A stretch of DNA of 64,000 nucleotides from a virus (Duplodnaviria > Caudoviricetes). Below, piece by piece: positions 20,116-28,800 of the stretch. Position numbers and translations under genes: made by a program. Position 1 is the stretch's first letter, and every line of letters begins with the position of its first letter. The notes beneath the pieces were generated by a model. The model was not told where the DNA came from and searched no databases. It saw nothing but the letters and a program-made list of their open reading frames with translations. Where the stretch lies: positions 658 to 64,657 of IMG/VR virus record IMGVR_UViG_3300010163_000022; one strand, 5' to 3'.

Positions 20116-20552
20116 TGTCGACACGAGTGGTTATTCGAATAGAAGGTCAAGAAGAAACAATAAGAAATGTAAGTTCTTTTGATGTTCAAAAAACAGATCA
20201 ATTAAGAAAAATAGTCAGAGAATTTGGTCGTAAGATTGGTAGTGCTGCTCGTAAAGAAGTTCCAGTATCTCCACCAACTAGAAAAAAAACGCACGGTTCT
20301 CCAGGTGATTTAAAAAAGAGTATAAAAGCAAAATATTATTATCAAAATTTAGGAGCTATGGTAGGACCAATGAAACCTAAAGGAGCTCATCGTGGAATTA
20401 TTGAGTATGGAACAAAAGAACGTACTACTAAAAATGGACACAAGACAGGTAAAATTAGTCCACATCCATTTATGGAACCAGCAAGAAAACAATATGAAAA
20501 TACTTATAATCAAAAAATTAAAGAAGTATTTGATGAAGATGTTATTGTTTAA
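20115..20552 (+). CDS. HK97 gp10-family tail completion protein
   Basis: PGDLKKSI, IIEYGTK, HPFMEPA. Confidence 0.88.
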   Translation: MSTRVVIRIEGQEETIRNVSSFDVQKTDQLRKIVREFGRKIGSAARKEVPVSPPTRKKTHGSPGDLKKSIKAKYYYQNLGAMVGPMKPKGAHRGIIEYGTKERTTKNGHKTGKISPHPFMEPARKQYENTYNQKIKEVFDEDVIV

Positions 20553-20565
20553 TTAGGAGAATAAA

Positions 20566-20964
20566 ATGGCAACTAAAATTTTTGAATTACAAAAAAGTAT
20601 TTTTGAAAGATTAAATAATGATGAAATTTTAAAAAAAATGAATTGCAATGGTATTTTTGACTATGTTCCTGAAGACTTCGATCCACCATATATTTGTTTA
20701 GGTCAAATTGTGTCAAATAGCGATGATACAAAAACAGATGTTAATGAAAAAGTCATTTTTTATATTGAAATTTGGAGTGAAGAAAAAGGAAAGAAAAATA
20801 CTTTAGAATTAATGATTAGAATAGAAGAACTTTTAGAAGAATTTTTAACTTTAGAAACAGGTAATATTATAAAACAAAAAATAAAAAGTAGAGAAGTTAT
20901 TGAACAAGATTATAAATTGTTTCATGGAAGTTTAGAAATTGAATTTTATATTGAATGGATATAA
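20566..20964 (+). CDS. Tail terminator (DUF3168-like)
   Basis: IFDYVPEDFDPPYICLG, EIWSEEKG. Confidence 0.85.
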   Translation: MATKIFELQKSIFERLNNDEILKKMNCNGIFDYVPEDFDPPYICLGQIVSNSDDTKTDVNEKVIFYIEIWSEEKGKKNTLELMIRIEELLEEFLTLETGNIIKQKIKSREVIEQDYKLFHGSLEIEFYIEWI

Positions 20965-20994
20965 AATATAAATTTTAAATAGGAGGATAAAAAA

Positions 20995-21675
20995 ATGGGA
21001 AATAAAATTACTGGAATGAAAGTAAAATTATATATAATAGATAATGAAACAGGTAAAATTTTAGCAGGACAACGTAATGCAACTTTATCTCGTTCTGCTG
21101 ATACAATAGATGCAACTTCTAAAGATACTGAAGGATTTTGGAAAGAGTCTTTGCAAGGATTTAAAGAATGGTCTATAGATGCTGATGGTTGTTATGTAAC
21201 AGATGACGAGGCATATAGTATTTTAGAGTCTGCATTTTTAAATTCAGATAATGTAGATGTTTATTTAGAAATGCCTTCTGGAGAAAAAATGAAAGGTAAT
21301 TGTAGTATATCAGACTTTAGTTTAGAAGCTCCTTATGATGATTTAGTAACTTATAGTTTATCATTGCAAGGAAATGGCGCTTTAATAAAAATTCCAGCCG
21401 AACCGCCTAAAGCAGTTACTGTAACTTTAGTAAGTGATAGTGTTACAGCAAATAGTTTTATATTGGAATTCGATCAAAAAGTTGAAGGATTAACTCAGTA
21501 TGATATAAAAGTTAATTCCGGAGTAATTACATCTATAGAAGATGTAGTAGAAGAAGGTAAATTTAAAACTAAAGTTAATATGACAATGAAAGAAAATGTT
21601 AAATATACTGCAATAATTACTAAATTAGGTTATACGTTTAATAAAGTTGAAAATATTGAGTATGTAGTTGTTTGA
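20995..21675 (+). CDS. Major tail protein, TP901-1 family, with a C-terminal Ig-like domain
   Basis: LAGQRNATL.RSADTIDATSKD..GFWKESLQGFKEWSIDADG; APYDDLVTYSLSLQGNG; ends at a TGA in frame with the next ORF. Confidence 0.93.
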   Translation: MGNKITGMKVKLYIIDNETGKILAGQRNATLSRSADTIDATSKDTEGFWKESLQGFKEWSIDADGCYVTDDEAYSILESAFLNSDNVDVYLEMPSGEKMKGNCSISDFSLEAPYDDLVTYSLSLQGNGALIKIPAEPPKAVTVTLVSDSVTANSFILEFDQKVEGLTQYDIKVNSGVITSIEDVVEEGKFKTKVNMTMKENVKYTAIITKLGYTFNKVENIEYVVV

Positions 21676-24600
21676 AGTGCTCTTGGAACTCCAGTAATTA
21701 GTGTAGTGGCCCCTGTGAAAGGGGTTACTCCATCATCAACAGCTACAACAACTGACGAAAATTATACTATAACTTCTTTAGATTGGTTAAATTATGATGG
21801 AACAGAAGCAACTTTAATTAATAATAAATTTAAACCTTCAACAAAATATAAAGCAAAAATAATATGTTTAGCTGATGATGGTTATAGATGGACAGGTACC
21901 ACAACAGCAATTATTGCTAATTCTTCTGAAGTTTCAATTAATATAAACGATGATATAAATAAAAAAGATGCAATTTTATTAATTATAGCTTCTTATGATG
22001 CAACCGAAGATGAAATACCGATAATTGTTCCAGCTGAAAAGCTTGATGTAAATATTAGTCCAGGTAATGCTGTAGGGGCTATTAAAGTAGAAGTTACTAA
22101 TATTATTGGTTCAACAAATAGTTTAAAATATACTATTACAGATAATGAAATAACAGATGTAAACGAAGGAGATATTTTAGAAAATGGATTAAATTTTGTA
22201 AATAATCAGGATATTAATATTAATGAAAATCAATATATTAATATTTTTGAAATTTTTAACGAAAATAATCAAGATAAAATTATAAAATATTGTTCTTCGC
22301 AAGTAAATGCTTCTGATATTAAAAAGCAAGAATTTTTAATAAATTGGGCTATTACTGATACTAATTGTAGTATAAAAGCTAAAGTAAATAATGAAGAAAT
22401 TCAAGGAAATTCAGCAAATTTAGAAATAGGAACTCAAGTAACATTTATTGCTACTTTAAATGAAGGATATAAAATAAAAAATTGGATAGTTAATGGTCAA
22501 AATTACTATTATAATAATAATTTAAAATCTGCACAAGAAAATATTCAAGTATTAGAAAATTCTATAATTATAACAATAACTGAAAATATTAATATTGATT
22601 TAGTAACAGAATTAATAATAAATCAATATAATTTATCATTAATTCAACCAGAAAATGGCATTATTTCAGTAAAAAATTCATTAAATGAAATAATAAAGCC
22701 TCCTTGTTTAATAGATGAAGGAACAAATTTAATATTTACTTTAGTTCCAAATGAAAATTATGAATTAAGTAATTGGATAGTTAATGATAAAGAAGTTCAA
22801 GCCGAAGATGATAAAACTTTAAAATTATCTATATCTTTAGATACTATAGTAACAGCAAATATTCAAGAAATTGTTTTAAAAACTGTTTCTATAGGAAATC
22901 AAAGTAATGAATTAGTACAAGGAACAGGAGCAAATGCTACTTTTGAAATAATAACAAATAATATTGATAATGGAATAACTCCAACTGTTATATGGATAGA
23001 TACTCAGCCAAATAATTTAACTTATAATATTACAAATATTAATAATAATTCTTCTACTTTAACAATAGAAACAACAAACACAACAAATTATGGTGAAACA
23101 AGATTTAAAATTAGTGCAGATGGAATTGAGTCCAATGAAGTAATTTTAAAAATAAAACAATTAATAATTAAAAAAGTTAATTTAAATATAATTCAACCAA
23201 CTAATGGTGGAACTATAAATGGCACTCAGGGAGAGGTAGAAGTAGGTAGTATTCAAAATTATAATATTAATTTATTAGAAGGTTATAATATTAATGCATG
23301 GAATATTACTTCTAATGGAACAAATATTGATAATAATTATATTAATTTATCTGACGATAAAAAATCATTATCTTTAATTGTACCAGACGTGCCAAATGAT
23401 ATTAATATTACAGCTTTATTAAAAGAAGTTGTTACATTACAAGTTGTACAACCTGATAATGGTACGATTTCAATTATTAATCCTGATAATATAGATGTAA
23501 ATCAAATATCTATTATAGATAAAAATACCGAAGTTACTTTTAAAGTTGCATTAAATGATATAAATAAAGATTATACTATAGAATGGTTAGTAAATGGTAG
23601 TAAAATTGAAGGAGAAAATTTAGATACTTTTATTCTAGAAATATCTGAAAATAGTATTATAACTTCGAATTTAAATATAATAGAAAAATATACTATATCT
23701 TGGTTAGTTGGTCAAAATGGTAGTTTAGAAGTATTTAATAGTAATGGAGAAAAAGTTATAAGTAATTCAAAATTTATAAAAAATGAAGAATTGCTTTTTG
23801 TAGCAGCTCCTAATGAAAATTATAATGTTATATGGCCAAGTTCTTTAGTTGTATTACCAGAAGACAAAAATCAAGCTACTTTAGTAGTTACACAAGATTT
23901 AGATTTAGGAGAAATATCTTTTGAACAACAATCTATTTCTAATATAACTTTAGAAGATGGTTCTTTAGGAGAATTAGATGCAGTAAATAATAAAATTACT
24001 GGATTAGATACTAAAAAATATTATTCTATTCGACAAACAAGTAATAATACTTCAAAATATTTAAAATTAAATGGAACGTATAGTGAAGAATATGATTTTA
24101 TAGGTCCAGTATCAGAAGTATCTTTGCCAAGTGATATTCAAGCTAGTTATTATGTTCAAGAAGATACTTTGTCTTTAAAGAATTTTAAATTAGCTAGTGA
24201 AGCATATTCTAATATTGAGCTTTCTTGGACAAAACCAAGTTCTAATCCATTAACTAATTATCAACCTTATATTGTTCAAAATGGAATAGAAACAGAATTA
24301 ACTGAAACTAATTTTTCTGATGATTTACCTATAAAATTAGAAAGTAGTTTATATTCTGGTTCTAGAAAAATGGTTATTAAAAATATTGATAAATTAGTAT
24401 TTAATCAAGAAGTTCTTATTAGATTAAAATTAATAGGTTGCGATGATTTACAAAATTGCAAAAAAGTTTATGACTATGATTATAAAAAGGCAACTTCTTA
24501 TATTTATTATAGTACAACTGAACCAATACAAGGAGAAAGTCCTATGTCTGGATTAAGTGCTGTTCATTCTTTACAACCAGAATTATATGAAATAGATCCA

Positions 24601-25140
24601 GACTCAGTAGTATATAAAAAAGTTTCAGATAATTCTATAGTTAATACAGATGATGTATTTTTAGCAAATACAGATTATTATATAGAAGGAAATATTATTG
24701 CAACAGAAAACTGTAATTTTAGAATTGGAGGAAATAGTACATCTCCTTATAATTCTACAGGATTTTCAACTTATATTACTAGTACTGCAGCAACAGATTT
24801 AAAAACAACAACTTTTAAACAAAAATTTTGTAAAACTGGTGATTTAGGTGGAATTACTGATTTAATGGCAGAACAAAGTAAAACAATTAGCACAGATTAT
24901 ATTTTAACTTGGACAATTCCAAATAAAGAAAATGCTAAATCTATTCAATTAAAAGATGATTATTATAATGAAAATTATAAAAAGCTTAGAAATACTTTGT
25001 CTTTAGATAGTGATACTGTAACAGTTTATGTTAATACTGGAGGCAGTGTAAGTCTTAGATTAATAGTAACTTATAATGATGAAAGTACTAAAAAAAGTAA
25101 TATAGTAAGTTTTACACATATACCAGAATTAAAAAATTAA
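21676..25140 (+). CDS. Multi-Ig/InlB-B-repeat-like tail decoration region; probably the readthrough extension of the major tail protein
   Basis: Same frame as MTP, open immediately after the TGA, no RBS before GTG 21706; repeated (N/E)GYxIxxWxVNG motifs; FN3-like LSWTKP and LTWTIP. Confidence 0.75.
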   Translation, partial: SALGTPVISVVAPVKGVTPSSTATTTDENYTITSLDWLNYDGTEATLINNKFKPSTKYKAKIICLADDGYRWTGTTTAIIANSSEVSININDDINKKDAILLIIASYDATEDEIPIIVPAEKLDVNISPGNAVGAIKVEVTNIIGSTNSLKYTITDNEITDVNEGDILENGLNFVNNQDININENQYINIFEIFNENNQDKIIKYCSSQVNASDIKKQEFLINWAITDTNCSIKAKVNNEEIQGNSANLEIGTQVTFIATLNEGYKIKNWIVNGQNYYYNNNLKSAQENIQVLENSIIITITENINIDLVTELIINQYNLSLIQPENGIISVKNSLNEIIKPPCLIDEGTNLIFTLVPNENYELSNWIVNDKEVQAEDDKTLKLSISLDTIVTANIQEIVLKTVSIGNQSNELVQGTGANATFEIITNNIDNGITPTVIWIDTQPNNLTYNITNINNNSSTLTIETTNTTNYGETRFKISADGIESNEVILKIKQLIIKKVNLNIIQPTNGGTINGTQGEVEVGSIQNYNINLLEGYNINAWNITSNGTNIDNNYINLSDDKKSLSLIVPDVPNDINITALLKEVVTLQVVQPDNGTISIINPDNIDVNQISIIDKNTEVTFKVALNDINKDYTIEWLVNGSKIEGENLDTFILEISENSIITSNLNIIEKYTISWLVGQNGSLEVFNSNGEKVISNSKFIKNEELLFVAAPNENYNVIWPSSLVVLPEDKNQATLVVTQDLDLGEISFEQQSISNITLEDGSLGELDAVNNKITGLDTKKYYSIRQTSNNTSKYLKLNGTYSEEYDFIGPVSEVSLPSDIQASYYVQEDTLSLKNFKLASEAYSNIELSWTKPSSNPLTNYQPYIVQNGIETELTETNFSDDLPIKLESSLYSGSRKMVIKNIDKLVFNQEVLIRLKLIGCDDLQNCKKVYDYDYKKATSYIYYSTTEPIQGESPMSGLSAVHSLQPELYEIDPDSVVYKKVSDNSIVNTDDVFLANTDYYIEGNIIATENCNFRIGGNSTSPYNSTGFSTYITSTAATDLKTTTFKQKFCKTGDLGGITDLMAEQSKTISTDYILTWTIPNKENAKSIQLKDDYYNENYKKLRNTLSLDSDTVTVYVNTGGSVSLRLIVTYNDESTKKSNIVSFTHIPELKN
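21701..21733 (+). promoter_or_regulatory. GC-rich RNA hairpin downstream of the MTP UGA
   Basis: GTGTAGTGGCCCCT-GTGAA-AGGGGTTACTCCAT, about 13 pairs including G-U, 1 mismatch; buries GTG 21706. Confidence 0.5.
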
Positions 25141-25158
25141 AATAAAGGAGTTATAATT

Positions 25159-25488
25159 ATGCAACCAGTGATTATTAAAACAGAAAAAAATGTTTATAAA
25201 TTTAAAATAAAATATTCTACATTATGTGATTTAAAAGTTTTAGGCGTAGATTTAATGACAGATGCTGGAACTAAAAAATTAATGGAAGACCCATCACAAT
25301 TAAGATTAGTTTTTTGGAAAGGTCTTGAGTCAGGAGAAGAGAAAGCTTATTCTAAAGAACAAGCATTTGATATTTTTGATGAAATAATGGAAGATTTGGG
25401 TCCAGAAGAATTTTCTGAAATTATTCCAAAATCTTTAGCAATTAAAACTAAGCCAAAAGAAGAAGAAACAGAAACACCCACAAAATAA
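25159..25488 (+). CDS. Tail assembly chaperone (lambda G-like)
   Basis: Position between the tail tube and tape measure genes; LRLVFWKGL; AAGGAG RBS. Confidence 0.8.
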   Translation: MQPVIIKTEKNVYKFKIKYSTLCDLKVLGVDLMTDAGTKKLMEDPSQLRLVFWKGLESGEEKAYSKEQAFDIFDEIMEDLGPEEFSEIIPKSLAIKTKPKEEETETPTK

Positions 25489-25789
25489 ATTTGAATTTTG
25501 GGATTATATTGACCAATGTTTAAATAGAGCAATAATTGATTTAAAATTAACTAAAAAAGAATTTTTTGATTTAACTCCGTGGGAATATACTAACTTAATT
25601 TATTATTATGATGAAAAACAAGAAAATAACTATACTATTCTTAGAAATGTAGTTTATAATGCTATTTCTAATTTATTTAGAAAAAAAGGCGAAAATGAAA
25701 TAAAGCTTTTTGAAGATAAAAATAAAAAAGAAAAAGATGTAAATCAAATATTGAAAGAAAGAGATGAGCTATTTAATTTTTTAAATTAA
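25439..25789 (+). CDS. Tail chaperone frameshift extension (lambda T-like), not in the ORF track
   Basis: Open +1 frame with no start codon: ...FEFWDYIDQCLNRAIIDLKLTKKEFFDLTPWEY...LFNFLN*; LxLxxxEFxxLTPxE motif. Confidence 0.8.
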   Translation, partial: QLKLSQKKKKQKHPQNKFEFWDYIDQCLNRAIIDLKLTKKEFFDLTPWEYTNLIYYYDEKQENNYTILRNVVYNAISNLFRKKGENEIKLFEDKNKKEKDVNQILKERDELFNFLN

Positions 25790-25826
25790 ATAGCTTTAAT
25801 TTTATTAAAATAAAGGAGGTAAGTAA

Positions 25827-28800
25827 ATGTCTCTTATTGTTAAAATTGGTGCAGATGATAGAGAGTTTCAAAGAGCTATGTCAAGACTTACTTCTGATAC
25901 TAATAATGTAGGTAATAGTTTAATTAAAGTTGGAAAAAAATTAACTACAGCATTAACGGTTCCTATAGCAGGTCTTGGAGCTGGAGTTGTAAAATTAGGA
26001 TCAGAATTTGAAGCAGCAATGTCGCGACTTGGAGCAACAACAAGTGCAACATCTGAAACTTTAGAAAAATTAAATAAAGTTGCAATGAATATGGGAGCTA
26101 CAACTCAATATTCTGCTACAGAAAGTGCTCTTGCTATGAATGAATTAGCAAAAGCGGGATTTACAGCAGAGCAAGCTATGGATGCCATAGGTGGTACTTT
26201 AAGTATGGCAGCAGTAGAGCAAATGGATTTAGCTGAAGCTGCTCAAATAACTTCAAAAATTATTAATGGAATGCAAATGGAAGCTACAGAAGCTTCTCAC
26301 GTAGCTGATGTTTTAAGTAAAACTTCTAATGAAACTGCAACAAGTATTTCTTCTTTGGGTGCAGCATTCGCTCCTGTAGCAAGTTTTGCTTCTCAATTAG
26401 GTGTTGAATTTGAAGATTTAGCTGCAGCTATAGGTATATCAGCAAATGCTGGTAATGATGGAGCTGTTGCAGGAGAAAAATTAATGGCAGTTCTTAGGAA
26501 TATTGCAGCGCCTAGCGCTAAAGCAAAAAAAATGCAAAATGCATTAAATATGGAATTTTTTAACTCAGAAGGAGTAATGAAATCATTACCTGAACTTATA
26601 GATGAAATTAAAACTAAGACTAATGGTATGACAGATGCTCAAAAAGCAGCAGCTCTAAAAATATCTTTTGGCACCGAGTCATTGGCTGTATTATTACCTT
26701 TATTAAAAGAAGGCGGTCAAGCAATATCTGACTATAGTGCAGAATTAAGTAAATCAAATGGCTATGCAGATACAGCAAAAGAAAAAATAAATGATAATTT
26801 AATTGGTTCATTAAAATTATTTGTTTCTGCTTTAGAAACTGCAGCAATTTCTTTATATAATAATATAGGACCTGCAATAAAAGCAGTAGTTGATGCAGTA
26901 ACTAGTATTATTTCAGCTTTTGCACAATTAAGTCCAAGTATTCAACAAAATATAATTTTAATTGCTGGATTATTAGCTGCGTGGGGGCCTTTAGTTTCTA
27001 TAATAGGAACTGCAGTTAAAGCTTTTGGTGCAATTAAGGCAGCAATAACTATGGCTAAAGCAGCAACTACAGCATTTGGAGCAGTTTCAGCTTTATTAGG
27101 CGGACCTATTAATTTAATAGCAGCAGCTATTTTAGCTTTAATTGCTGTAATAGTTTTATTAGTAAAAAACTGGGATAAAGTTAAAGAAGTTACTATTAAT
27201 TGTTGGAATTCAATTAAAGAATTTATGAGTCCAATTTGCGAAGGAATTGCAAATATTGTTAGTTCAGCTTGGAATAAAATAAAAGAAATCACAGAAAAAG
27301 TTTGGAATTGGATTAAAAATTTTCTTAGCAAATGGGGAACTACTATCTTAGCTTTTATAGTTAGTCCTATAGCAGGAATAGTTTTAGTTATTTCTAAAAA
27401 TTGGAATAAAATTAAAGAAGTCACTGAGAAAATTTGGACTAGTATTAAAGATTTTTTATCAAAAATATTAAATACAATTTTAGTTCCTTTTAAAACTGTA
27501 TTTGAAGCTATAAAAAATATTGTAGAAAAAGCTTGGAATGGAATAAAAAATGTAATTTCAACTATTATAAATGCAATAGTTTCTTTTATAAAAGGAAAAA
27601 TTAATGGTATTAAAATTCTTATACAAGGCGCAATGGATTTTATAAAAAATATTTTTGAAACAGGATTTAATGCAGTTAAAATAACTATAGAAACTATTTG
27701 GAATAATATTAAAACTATTTTTCAAACAGGAGTTAATATATTAAAAAATATTATAAAGATTTTTACTTCAGCTTTTAAAGGTGATTGGCAAGGTGTTAAA
27801 CAAGCAGTACTAGCAATTATTAATTCAATTAAAAACCTATTTTCTGTTTTAGTAGGTAACGCAGTATCCTGGGGAAAGAATTTAATGCAAGGATTTTTAA
27901 ATGGATTATCAGGAACAATGAAAATTGTTATAAATACCGTTAAAAATTTTGTAATGAATATTATTAATACTTTTAGAAATATTTTAAAAATTCATTCTCC
28001 TTCTGAAGTTACAACAGAAATAGGTGAATATACAGGTGAAGGAATTGAAAAAGGATTAATAAAATCCAAAGAAAAAGCTAAAGAAGCTGCAGAAGAACTT
28101 GCCAAAGGAGTAGAAGAAAGCTTAGATATTAATACAAGTAAATTTGAAAAAATGTGTGATGCTTTAACTGAAGCAATAAAAAAATCTTATGAAGAGCAAA
28201 AAGATATACAATCAAAAAGTTTAGAAGCTCAATTAAAAGCTGAAGAAAAAGCATCTGATGAAAGAATAAAAATTTATGATAAAGAGTACAATGAAAAATT
28301 AAAATTACTAGATGAAGAAGCTTATAAAAAACAACAATCAATTCAAGCTCAAATAGATGAAATAGAAGCACAAACAGAAGCTGAAGAAAAAGCTTTAGAA
28401 GAACAAGAATATCAACAAAAATTAATTGATTTAAAAAAACAAATATCTACAGCAAAATCTGAAGCTGCAACTAATAAAGCTAAAGCTGAAAATGCTGAAG
28501 AACAGAAAAAAATTGAAAAAGAATTAGCCGAAGAAATAGCTAAAATTAATAAAGATATTAAAGAAACAATCGCTGATAGAGAAAGAAAATTATTATTAGA
28601 ACAAAGAAATGAACAAAAAGAAGCATTAAAAGCTCAGATAGATGAAATAAAAGACTCAATAGATAAAAAGAAAGAAATAATGAAAGAAGAATATGATAAA
28701 TTTAAAGAAAATGAAAATAATAAATTAGAAACTTTTAAAGAAGAAAATAATAAACAAAAAGAAGAATTAGAAAAGCATTATGAAGAAATTTTAAATGATG

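Noticed and set aside
21673-21675. Genome-wide TGA reassignment (code 4 or 25)
   Set aside because: TGA ends the sigma gene (3006) and nrdG (7208) at sensible places, and no other gene is broken by TGA, so any readthrough is site-specific
21673-21733. Selenocysteine insertion at the MTP UGA
   Set aside because: No redox or catalytic context, and the hairpin starts 25 nt downstream, unlike a bacterial SECIS; not formally excluded
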